Shown here: one piece after another, positions 44,451 to 57,537 of the stretch
Layout: every line of letters begins with the position of its first letter
Position numbering within the stretch: the stretch's first letter is position 1
From: Marsupella aquatica
Lineage: Eukaryota > Plantae > Marchantiophyta
Reading direction: 5' to 3'
Length of the DNA: 64,000 nt
NCBI GenBank assembly: GCA_973895155.1
Contig: OZ316894.1
Coordinates: forward strand, 12,688,828-12,752,827
The notes under the pieces: generated by a model
What the model was told of the DNA's origin: nothing
Seen by the model: only the letters and a program-made list of their open reading frames with translations
Databases searched by the model: none
Position numbers and translations under genes: made by a program

Positions 44451-45319
44451 CTGACCCTTTTCACTTTCTATACGGTTTCACAGGTTTTTCCTTAAAACTT
44501 TTTAAAATTGTCACTCCATATTTTAAAACTTGTCACTCCTTAAAATCCATATTAGAGGGACACCTGAAATCATTTGAGTTTATGTGAGATCCAAAATTTG
44601 AAGGGCTAGGCATTTAGTGTGACTAACATTAATTGCATTAGTGGTGGACAGTGCAGTGGACCCCTGGTCCCCTGCCCTTACCAGGGATCCAATCATGCTA
44701 GATCCACCAATTTTAGCATCACGGGTCCATGCCATGGGTGACGCGGGTGCTGAAGATCAAATGAAGACATCAGGAGCAAGGTGAGCCATGATTGGCTTCT
44801 CATTGAAGCCATCAGTTCAGTGAGGAGCCCAGAATTGACATTTGAACACCATAGCCTGCGACCCCGTGTGTGATGCAGACATGTGGCACGGAGAGCGTAG
44901 ATCCGATTTGGCACCAGTGAGGCAGGCAGAGGCACGGATGCTCTAAGTAAAATCTCTTTTCAATTTGGATCACATTCGAATGAACTTGCTCCAAAGTACA
45001 CTGCACGGGTGTAGTAACACGGTGTTTGAACGATCTCCGAGCCTAAATTTGCAGCGAGAAGGGGAGGGGGGTTTCACCGTTGGTTTTGGTCTGTTTGCCT
45101 TCACCCTAAACGTGACAACTTTTACTGTATGCCTGTTCATATCGTTTGCGCAAGTTGAAGCCATCGGGGGAGGAGGAGGAAGAGCGAGAATGAGGGCCTG
45201 ATTACTGGAGTTGCGCCAGGTGGAAGGTTTACTGATATGATTGATTGCAAAGCTTTTGATGGAGTAGGTGTCATGGTGCTAGTCTCCCTGTTTGCGTTTT
45301 GAACCAGAAGCAGGTGAAG

Positions 45320-45331
45320 GTTTAGGGTTTA
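45320..45331. promoter_or_regulatory. Telo-box (AAACCCTAA on minus) just upstream of the CCDC12 start codon
   Basis: gtttagggttta ~35 nt before the ATG. Telo-boxes are typical of plant housekeeping RNA-processing and translation genes. Confidence 0.5.
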
Positions 45332-45363
45332 CGTGAGAAAGGGAAAGTGAAACATTTGAAGGA

Positions 45364-47011
45364 ATGGCAGCAGAAACGCCAGAGGAGCGGAAGGCTCGGT
45401 TGGAAGCTCTGCGCCTCGCAGCAGAACTGTCCAGTGCGCCCGATGTGGAGAACGGTGGCGGGGAAGCGGAAGGTCTCTCTGTCACTGATGACCCCCAAGA
45501 AGCAGCAACAGAATCGGAGGAACCGTAATTCCCCTTCCTACAATCCGATCAGTTCTTCTCTTGTTTCTTTGTGGGTGTTGCTGAGTTTATTTTCACTAGC
45601 TGCACTTTCTTTCTCGCCTGCTCCACGGTCTTGTTTGGTAGCAAGGTAGTTTAGCTCGCGATTCCGCTCTGACTTCATGTCCGTTTTAATTCGATTCCAA
45701 GCTTGTTCAAGGATTTCTCTGTGGGCCCTGTGAAGGGCGGTGTCTGATAAAGATGAGCCTTCCGAAAAGAAATCCCCCTTCCTTCCTTGTGCTTTGCTAT
45801 GTGAATGGGGCCTGGATTCAGGATGTATATTTTTGGATGAATGTTGCAGGGAGCCCGTGATCCGCTTCCGTAATTATGTTCCACGTGATGAGAGTCTCCA
45901 GGAGTTCAAAGTAGCTCCACCTGAGACCCTCAAATTTGACGACCCAGTTGCCCGAGCCCCCGCTGACGACAACGGTGTAGAGGTATGCTAAATTGCTTTA
46001 GAAAATAGGACCCTACAGTCCATCTTGAATGTACGAATTTGGTCAGACCTGTTAAACCATATTACTGCTGAGGAATTTCACGAATCTCTCTTCTGCACTT
46101 GTCGTGTAATTGCTGAATTTGGTGGTGTGGCACTCGCCATCCAACTCTTCGAGAATGTGAAGAATGTCTAATACAATGACCTCGAGTAGATCGATGTCGT
46201 TAACTTACATGTTTTTTTATCGAAAATCTGAGTCTCGGGGAACCTTATCCATTTCATGATATCGTGAGAGAGGGGTGGGTTGTTCATGTAGCAGTTTTGA
46301 TCACTCTCGCACTTGTTTTGGGGTTGTCAGACGACTGAACATGACTCTACGATGGAAATCTACTAGGAACAACGGACTATTTGTGAGGAAACGATTTCTT
46401 TTTTCATCCAGACAGTCTTAAGAAAGTGTATTTGAGTGCGGCTGGACTTGCTTGCACCTTGTAGGGGAGTGGGAAACAAGGGAACCAGGAGAGGTGTTGT
46501 TGGTTGTAGGTCTCGTGTTTATGTGGCTCAACAAGTGTGTGCTCGAGGAAGGGCAGAGTCAAATGGGACTGCGTGACCAGTTGTTGATGTAAAGATAGCT
46601 AGGACGCTCGCCATGGTTATTCAGGGGCGGGTCTTATAATTCTACGGTATTTGTGGTTGGTGACACGTTTCCTTGTGAAACTCGGCTGTACAGGAGCCTT
46701 TTCTCAGCATTGCTCCAAAGAAGGCAAACTGGGATTTGCGCAGGGATGTGGCAAAGAAATTGGAGAAACTAGAGAGACGCACACAGCGAGCTATCATCCA
46801 ACTCATGCGTAAGTGGCATGCACTGCTTGTGGCTTTGATACATTTCGGTTGCTTTTTCCTTGTATGTTCTGCGTGTGATTACCTGTTTTAGGGATTACTT
46901 TAAGGTACCCTACTCTTATAACTTGTCCTTGCTCTTTGGCTTTACACAGAGGAGGAGGAAAAGCGGCGACAAGCTGCTAGTGAAGTTGAAACAGAGGACG
47001 GAATCAATTAG
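45364..47011 (+). CDS. CCDC12: Coiled-coil domain-containing protein 12 / Cwf18 pre-mRNA splicing factor, 4 exons
   Basis: Exons 45364-45524, 45850-45982, 46694-46808 and 46950-47011. They give ERKARLEALR, IRFRNYVPRDESL and IAPKKANWDLRRDVAKKLEKLERRTQRAI, the Cwf18 signature motifs. Confidence 0.93.
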
Positions 47012-49376
47012 GTAGTCCTTTGAATTGATGTGCGGTTATGGCTACACCTTGGCAAGGCAGGCCTAATGCAATCAACTCTACACGAAATTTGGTTCGCTAA
47101 CACAATCTAACTTGTTGGGTAGAGAGGACTGTCTAGTTGCAGGCCATAGGCCTTTCATCCGAATAGTATGATAGAAATGACCGAAGAATTGCAAGGGTCA
47201 TAACGCAAAGGTTGACATAAGCATGATATATCTGAAGTATCATGGCTGGTGTTGAAAGGTGCGAGGATGAGGAATTGTGTCCAATACCTGATATTCATAT
47301 ATGAACCCCTCATCGGGGCTTCTACGACCATTGGGAGGGAAGAACCACATAGGGTGCAAATTGGCGCGCTGGTTGTTAAGATAGAGACTTGGGCAAGGTT
47401 TTATTTCTTCTGTTCTGCAGAGGACCTTAAAAGAGATGAGCCAGTTCTCACTGTTAGATAGAGACGATGGCAAGGTTTTATTTCTTCTGTTGCAATCTGG
47501 AATTTGGTCTGACTTTGCTTGGAGGACCTTAAAGGAGATGAGGCACCCCTCACGAAAACATGCCAAGCAATTACTCCCAGGATTCACCGGAACGAGAGAG
47601 GAGGCAGACAGGCGTTGATTTCTGTTCTTACGATGTGTATCGTATGTTGAGAAAGTATGCCAGGAATCAGATCGAAGTCATCATGGTCACATTTGTACTC
47701 TGTAAAATTATGTTAAAATATACTCTTCGATCTGAGGCACAAGCTCAAATGGCTTCTTCTGTCCTTGGTTACATTAATGGACTGAAGAAATCTGCAAGGA
47801 TGGAGACGCGAGTGGTTATCAACGAGTTGGTATGTGATAGGAGTGCTAGTGTGTGATTATAGTCAAAACTCTAGGATAGTCAAAACTCTAGGACGTTACA
47901 AGGCTGTCATTATGGTGATTCAATCAGCAAGCAAGGTTGTAAATGCCACAAAAGGTGCATATAACAGCAAGTGACTAAAACCCTATGGTTTATAAATGTT
48001 GCAGGTCTGATTTTTGTGTGGAGCGAAGGACTGTCGTGAGTGCTCTATGGGCACCGGAGGTCTGCCCTGGGATATATCTGTCTGGTATGTGAGTGGTTTA
48101 CGGCATATAAGTGCTCTATGCCTGCCCCATGCTATGCGCACATGTAAGAGTGACAATGTTTTACGGACCTTCAAGCACAGGTAGACCATCCGGAAAAGCA
48201 ATTCGTTCACATATATAAGCACTCAATGCCTGCCCGAGGGTATTTTATTCATCACATGCAAGATTGGCGAAATGGACTACTTTCTTTTCTGGCTTGAAAG
48301 GACCACCTTGTAAGAAAACTAAAACCCAATAAAATCAGGGAGTAACAGTCTGGAACTGAAAAAGGATCCTATATATATATAGGGATGGGAGATATTGCAT
48401 AGAGATGGCTCTTGGAAAGAAGCCAAGTGAAGACTCTCCAATATGATGACCAAAAATGAGTTATTATAAATATAAATAATATGTATGGGATGTAGCTTGT
48501 TTGTTTTTTTAACAAATTGAAAGGCGCATAAAAGACTATCTAAGTATCTACTACTTGCAAACATGTTTAAAATTAATAAAGGTATATCCATCCGTCTTAT
48601 TATGAGCATAACCAGGTATTTAATACTCTACTCATATGAGTTAGTTAAGCCTGACAAGACCAAACTAACTGCAGTTAAGAACATAGATTCAATTCCTAAC
48701 ACTTCACAACTCAACAAGCACAACAAAATCATGTGTTTCTTGGCCAACTCACTAACTCTAATCTCAGTTAAGGGTTTAGGGATACATAATAGGGAGACAG
48801 TAGTTTTTTATTAAATCTCATCTGTGGGTTACAAACATGTGGCAGTGTTTCTAGAGTGAATATCAAAATCCAACTTTTTTAGAACTCCACCGCCCCAATC
48901 TAAAACACTATAATATGCAATCTCGCTCTTTCTTCATAATGGTCTGTTTATGGACCGTCAACTGGTAGGAAGCTCCCCCTGGCCTTTGGATTCTGTTGAA
49001 TGTTTTTGTTCCCTTAAGATGGACATAATTGTGCTACTGTGTATCTTTCACACAACCAACCCATTACTCTCCACGCAACTCACACATTCCCTGAAATTCA
49101 GTTGCCAGGCCACTCAATTAAGCTTGACAACACTTCACTCAACATCATTTGTTATAGAAACCAGGGTCCCTTTTCACCTGGCCTTTACATGTCTCTAATA
49201 GGGAGTCTCAAAGCTAGCACCAAGACAGAGTTTTCCTATAACTCCATAGTTATGAGAACTCCCATAAAAGTTGTGGGACTCAATCTTTGGCTACTGTAAG
49301 GAAAGCCTATTGGCTCAACACTTAACCAACAACCTTCACAATTTTCCCCTAACTTTAGGATCAAAATCCAAGTTTG

Positions 49377-50527
49377 GACTTAACAGGACCCCTCTAGCAT
49401 CTCTTGCACTTAACAGCCTAGCAAGATGTCATCAAGACTTAACAGAACCACTATGACTGCCCACTGTCGCCAGGTCCTTGTTGGAATGGACACAGTAAGT
49501 CACACACTTATTTTTGAGTGTGTGTTCACGGTTGGTAACGAAGCACAATATGTTTTAGCATAGACCTTATACTTTAGTGGAAGAGTAGCGGAAGGGAGGG
49601 CTGGGAGAACCCAGAGTTCAAAGCAGGAGGAGAGTCCAGACCTTACCTTTTGGAATGAGGAATATTGGCAGTCCATAGCTCTAGTCTATTGAAAGGAGGA
49701 CAACAGTGCCCGACCCTGTGTGGTGTTTGCTCAATCCTGGACATTGCTGGATCGTGGATGATACGCTGCATTGGGTTGTGCTGGGTGACTAAAGTGTTGG
49801 CGACCGCTAAGATACCAGTACCTTATGGAATCAAGATTTTTGTTTTGAAATTGAAGGGCACGCTCTCTATTGAAGAGTGCTCTCTTTGTTCTGAAAATCC
49901 AGAATAGCGGAAGAATCCATAATTGATGGGCATCTCTAAGGTACATTATAGGTTATTGAGGTTAGATCGTCCATTTAGAAGTCTGGAAAATTTGGACTTA
50001 ACAGGCCAGGAAGGGCTGTCATTCTTATGCGGCAGTAGGCGAGCTTTGCAGTCGAACGTGAATTGCTGCAGGGTGCACCCATGCCAGCAGGGTCGCCCTT
50101 CAAATGTATTCCTATGGCAACGTGAGTAATGGTAGAATTGAGAAGAAAATTGACATAGCTTTCCCTCTGCTGCTCCGCGATAATTGACGATTGACAGAAC
50201 AGGTCAAATATTCAGGTCAATGTAACATTCCCTATGTGCGGTCATCTTCAATTCATGAGCATTTGTCTGAAACTGACCTCGTTGCTTGCTGTTCATGTTT
50301 GTCTAGAACACTGCTTCTCCAAGAGCCTCCCTAAATCACCTCTACTCTGGTCCCAACTATGTTGTAGTGCATGGTGATGTGTTGTTCTTGTATCACAATG
50401 ACTCATGCTTTGACAACCACTTCATAAGAACCTCCCCACCATGTGCAGTCACAAGCGTCTGGTTGATCTTGATGGCATCTTGCTGGACTGTTAAGTCCAG
50501 GAGATGCCAAAGGGGTTGTGTTAAGTC
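49377..50527. mobile_element. Element bounded by ~65-bp inverted repeats (possible Pack-type non-autonomous DNA transposon interior)
   Basis: 49377-49443 gacttaacaggacccctctagcatctcttgcacttaacagcctagcaagatgtcatcaaga matches the reverse complement of 50461-50527 (gacttaacacaacccctttggcatctcctggacttaacagtccagcaagatgccatcaaga). Outer termini and TSD were not found. Confidence 0.55.
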
Positions 50528-51632
50528 TTTTGTTGATCAAAATCAGAAAAAGTGGAAAGTTGCAATTGAAGACACATGGGCTTTGGTGATTGCATTCAAG
50601 ATGACAGCTGACAAAAATGATGACCAAGAATGAAGGAAAAGGATATACGCCATCAGACTGAGTGGGGGCATACCGTATGGGGCGGGTGAGTGGGTCAATG
50701 TTATCTCCCTCCACTTTCAAATTTTTGAATCGGGTCCCCATAAGGGGGATGGACCTTAAATCTGTAACTTTTCACCCCTATTAGTGAGTCTCAAAGCTTA
50801 CATTATAGATGATTGCATTTGGTCACCAAAATGGTCATAAGTTTTTCACAAGATTATCTAAACAATTTTTTCTTTCACCAGTCTTTGCATTGACTAATGG
50901 TAATGGCATAAGACCAATAGGGCATGTCAAAATTCTCCTGTAATACTTTAATTCTAGTTTTATTTTTTTGGACATACCACCCTTATGGGGTATGTATTTT
51001 GGTAACCCATAACAATTATGTCCTAGCCCTAAGTGCGTTGTATGTCCTCAGCCGTAACTCAGGTACAGCTATGGTTTGACACACCATGTTGTGGACCATG
51101 AATGGTGTAACGTCCTAATCATTATGGCAAAATTTTATGGACCATGAATTGTGTAGTACATAGGTAACTTTTTGTGTCCATAACTAGGGAGTTAATGTAC
51201 ATCAAAGACGCCCCTAATAAACCAAAATCATATTGACTCTTTGCTGCATATTGTTCGTGTCCTATAATAACAACCCCGCAATAATAACTTTGCTGTGATT
51301 TTGATCAGTCTGCAATGTCAAAGGATAAAGGCATGTGCTTGGCATTCGACGGGTTGAGTTTGCACTAACAATGTACGAGAAGATGCAAATTAATATTGAA
51401 GCAAATGGCAATTGAAGTCCATGACACACAATCAAATGCATGTGTACATTCACCAAATGAATGAAAGAAAGAAAGTTTTGGGAATGTGATTAGAAAAGAC
51501 ATTCCAATTGAATGAATGGAATGTTCTGATACAAAATTCAGTTCCTATTGGACTGAGACATTGATCTGTTTACTTGGAAACAATGTGGAATCTATATGTC
51601 AACTTCTCAACATAGACCTACTTGCCATCAAA

Positions 51633-52118
51633 TTACTGACGTCCATTCTGAATGTGCCACTGCTCTAGTGACAAAGGTGGTTCGTCCAAAACTATACGGA
51701 AGGGCTCCTCTAATACAAGCTTCCCAGTGCACATAGTAGCGGACAGCCAGTCCCAATGCACAATGTAAATTCTCTCAGACAACCTACTCATCGGGCAATG
51801 CGCGCAGATGCAGTGTGTTGCCTTGATGGAATTGTAGATCGTTGTCACCACATGGGAAGTATCGTCATTGATTTCCGACGTACAAATCCCTCCAAGCATC
51901 TCAAAACATCATTTCAGTATAATATATCTCTCATGCCCGACTCTACCATGGTAAATCATCATTGCCTTGATACCTTGAAATGGCTTGTACAGCCCACGTA
52001 GGTGAGCTGCTTCCTGGCTCTCAGTCAGGACCCATTTGAACTTCCATTGCTTTGCCTCCTTGCTGCTGGTTTTCACCGGTTGTCATTGCCAAAGCACCGC
52101 GCTAGCTTCCTTCCCCAT
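51633..52118 (-). pseudogene. BRCT-domain ORF with two in-frame TGA stops, downstream of the pogo transposase
   Basis: PFQGIKAMMIYHGRVGHERYIILK*CFEMLGGICTSEINDDTSHVVT...IYIVHWDWLSATMCTGKLVLEEPF has the BRCT F.G, GG, TSHVV and W...C/S motifs. TGA at 51909-51911 and 52083-52085. In-frame ATG at 52118. Confidence 0.8.
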
Positions 52119-52317
52119 CGCCAACTCCCAAAGACTCACAAAAAAGTTGAGAAGAAAACGCAACATAAAAAACTCCAAAACGCCCCAAAAATCACTGTGC
52201 AAGCCCAACTCCTCCCGGGCACAAGAGAGGCCTTCCCGCCAATGCATTCTCCATTACTGCAGCACGTAACAAAAGTCCAAAACATACAGCTAGAGCACTT
52301 ACAGACAACATTAGGGC

Positions 52318-54205
52318 TCAAGCAACCCCATATTGGCAAAGAAGAATTTCCTCATCCGAGGAGTTTGCCTGGGGGCTCGACATTGCACTCGGGAATTGCA
52401 GCGCCATCCCTGTGAGCTCCTCATTGTCAAGCCCACAATTTGTAGCAAAGAATTTGTCAATGTTTGATTGCTTCAAGCTGTTGAGGTGTTTTGTGAGCTC
52501 CTCATTGTCAAGCCCACAATTTGTAGCAAAGAATTTTTCAATGTTCGATTGCTTCAAGCTGTTGAGGTGTTCTTTCAAACAAAACTTCTTGATTTTGTTC
52601 AATTCCAATGTCAACGCATACGTATTGATCATACTCCTATTGCTGAAGAAACTTTGTGACACCCTCAAAATAAGCAATGCCTGCTACAAATGATGTGTGG
52701 GGCTCAATCACTATCTCCGGGCCATCTTGTACATCTTGAGCCTCGTCATGATTCACATCTCGTGCCTCAGATTCATTCGGAACCTCATTGTCATTGTCTA
52801 CAATGTGATCAACCAAAAAATTGGCAATGTCTCCATCGTCAATTGGCAATGTGGGAGCATTTCGAACATTGTCTGCAGCCAAATACTCTTGTGCATCAAG
52901 CATCACAGGATATGACAACTTTAATTGCACTAGATGATCTGCTAGGTCCTCCAAATTGTCACGCAAGTCCAAGAGTCCAAATTGTTGCCTCCAAGTCCAA
53001 GTCTATGTCCATTCTGCAATGATTTGGCCTCCAATCCCGGTAAGTCACAAGCTGACAATGCTCCCAACATTTGCGGATTGTTTGTTGAGTGACTCCATCA
53101 CTCCATGCTCTCACAACCATTGTTATAGCCTCATAGACATCCATTTTAAACAGTTGTGAATTGTCAAAATCTCACAACTACGTCTTGATTAAAAAAATTA
53201 GATACCAACACTTGAAGCTCTAAATAATGCCAGCATCCATAGGCTGAAATTTGCTTGTCGTGTTGGCAGGGAGGAAGAAAACTTTCACCACCTTCAACAG
53301 GTCTGCAATAGGGCCCAAGAGGTGGCTGGGGGCATTGTCCAGGAGGAGAGCCACATTTGTTCGACCCAAAGCCTTCATGTGCTCCTCAAATCTCAGGATC
53401 CAAGCTTGGAAAATTGTCCTTGTCATCCAGGCCTTCTTATTGGCATACCATTGAATTCCCAGGTTGTCGGCCGCTTGATTTTGCGTTGTGTGAAGCATCG
53501 AGGTTTCTCAGTCTTGTTGATCACTAGAGGGGGGAGCTTGATACTCCCATCCATGTTTGAAGTTAACGCAATGGTGATTCAGTCCTTGCATTTCTTCTGC
53601 CCATTAATTCACAACTTTGTCCTGCAAGCTCTTGTTTGGTTGCAGCTTGTAAAATAACCCAGTCTGATCCATGTTAAAGACATCTCTGTCTTTGAAAGCA
53701 ACGATGGTTGCCTTCAGGCAAGAAATTGGTCCCAGACTCCATCTGTGATCACACATGAATCGCCTTCACCATGTAGGATTCGCATTGAAATGTTATGTCA
53801 TCTCTTAAACCCTGTCAACCATCCTGTTAAGAACTTGCATTCCTTCAGTGCAGGGTTTGTTGTTTGTAGAGCAATGTACATCTCCCGTGCTTTCTCCATT
53901 AGCAGCTCATCCGAGATTGGCAGCCTTGCCTCCTGCGTAGTGAGAAACCAGCGGTACAATGCCTCCTCCACAATCGGCACTCTAGGGTTCTTGTTCCTCT
54001 TCACCTCGTTGCTGGTGACACCCGAGAGCAAAGTGAAGCACTTCTTCAATACTCTGCCAACAGTCGTCTTGTGAACCTTCTCCCCAAACGTGGTTTGTAC
54101 CTACTCAACCAAATCCTTGTTAATGAGCCCATTATTCTCTTGCTTGTGCTTACAAATGTCTCGCTTCTGCTTGTGGCTCAAGGTCATCAACTTCTTTCCC
54201 CTCAT
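52318..54205 (-). mobile_element. pogo/Tigger (CENP-B-like, Tc1/mariner superfamily) DD33D transposase, decayed
   Basis: N-terminal HTH (TLSHKQKRDIC...KTTVGRVLK) and CENP-B HTH (PIVEEALYRWF...PISDELLMEKA...GWLTGFKR). Catalytic NMDQTGLFY, LLLDNAPSH and FLPANTTSKFQPMDAGII. Acidic tail and KQSNIEKFF. Several stops and frameshifts. Confidence 0.93.
52411..52572. repeat. 81-bp (27-codon) in-frame tandem duplication containing a PIP box
   Basis: Units start at 52411 and 52492 and encode HLNSLKQSNI(E/D)KFFATNCGLDNEELT twice on the minus strand. Confidence 0.92.
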
Positions 54206-54620
54206 GATGACAGCACTTCAGAGAACAGTGTGCTGCCACACAGTGTGTCCCTAGTTGACTGTTGCTCTTTGTCAGTCCTAAACCTTGATCTCCTTCACAT
54301 TCTCTCGTGTAAACTCGTGATTGTGCTGTCAGTTCACACATAAATCCTCTTACAGGCCCTGCCCAAATGCTTAAGTGCACCTTAGTACTGTATCTGTTTG
54401 TTTGCAGCATTATTATAGATAAGTACTTGTAAGTACTCTATGTTATTCTGTCCAGCACTTATAAATAAAAGCATCTTGTCTACCTGAAGCACTAATTGAT
54501 AAATGCATGTGAACTCTTGTAGACGGAATGCAGTTATGAATCTTGTCGTTTAGTGACGCCAAGATGCACTTACAAACGGTGCATTTCTGGGTGCATTTAC
54601 AAAGGAATGTGCTGTATTTT

Positions 54621-54827
54621 TTGGGGACGACACCAACACCCTGCAGTTACCCACTGAATGCAGTAATACAGGTAGCACTTATCTACTGTACACTGTAATG
54701 TATTTGGACACTAGCAGCCGTACCACCATTGTCAATAATTGAATCCAAACATTTTCAAAATCAATCCTTACGTTCGAGAATGTTGGGGAAGACACCAACA
54801 CCCTGCAATTATCCACGGTAGACTGTA
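54621..54827. repeat. Candidate pogo terminal inverted repeat with an internal direct copy
   Basis: Minus strand reads TA|CAGTCTACCGTGGATAATTGCAGGG from 54825 (CAGT start, TA flank). ttgggga.gacaccaacaccctgca.tta.ccac occurs at 54621 and 54783. The partner TIR was not identified. Confidence 0.5.
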
Positions 54828-54844
54828 GTAACATGCAAGGGTGT

Positions 54845-54958
54845 CCGTTCCATTCATTGCGCTGGTTGACAAAACGGTAGGGAAAGGAAACAAACAAGCG
54901 ACGAACGTAAGAGAATCGAACAGAAACTTCAAATTTGCAGCCGATGGACCAACGGCTA
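54845..54958. promoter_or_regulatory. MSA (mitosis-specific activator) elements in the CDKB promoter
   Basis: Three AACGG cores (54845 reverse, 54873, 54951), including GACCAACGGCTA. This is expected for a G2/M gene regulated by MYB3R. Confidence 0.6.
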
Positions 54959-55617
54959 GTTCGTTCATTCCTTCATGCTATCCGCATTCCCTCACATTCT
55001 GTGAGAATGGCTGTGAGAGTCCATGGAAACTCCCGATGCGCCGGCTGCTCTGTCTTGTACCCACTTCCATCGAAACAACTGGACTACTGGAACTTCAAAC
55101 CTTTTCTTAACCTCTACTACAAAGAATTCAAATTCATAAGCAATTCTTCTCCCTAGGAGGTCAGGTAGGTCGTTGTTGTTGTTTACTTTCTATCAACCTC
55201 AATGCGTTCGAAGACTGACTCCGCTCTTCTTGAAGGTGCTGCAATTTAATTACACTGCAGCACTCGCTTCTTCTCCTTCTTCAGCTACTGCCTTGTGGTC
55301 ATCGATTGACAAAGCGTCCTCCAGAACTCATATTCCTCTCCTCATTTTCTCCTCAGAGTTGTTGTTCACGAAGCCTACTTCCTCTCATGCTTCTCTGTCA
55401 TTTGCGTTGCTTTCCTCCTCGGCTGAGAAAATGTCATTGCCCTCACTTGTCGCGCTTTCCTTTGCCTGATTTCTTTTGAAGAACGAAGGGGAGGATTCAT
55501 CTTCCCGTCGAGCTGAACGTGCTGTCTGTGCGATAGACAGAAGGACTGTGTGACTTGCCTGTTGTCACTAACCCAAGCTTTCGAATTCAAGGTCATCTCG
55601 AGTTGACGTCATAGGCA

Positions 55618-57537
<1,920 letters not shown>

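Noticed and set aside
44657-44701. Hairpin followed by CTAG as a Helitron 3' end
   Set aside because: Short imperfect stem, the next base is not T, and no 5' TC end was identifiable.
48030-48240. miRNA-like GTGCTCT/TGCCTG motifs
   Set aside because: No match to a full conserved miRNA that I recognise and no extended fold-back.
51300-51335. Left TIR of the pogo element (CAGTCTGCAATG...)
   Set aside because: Only ~6 bp match the right-end candidate and there is no TA flank, which is insufficient.
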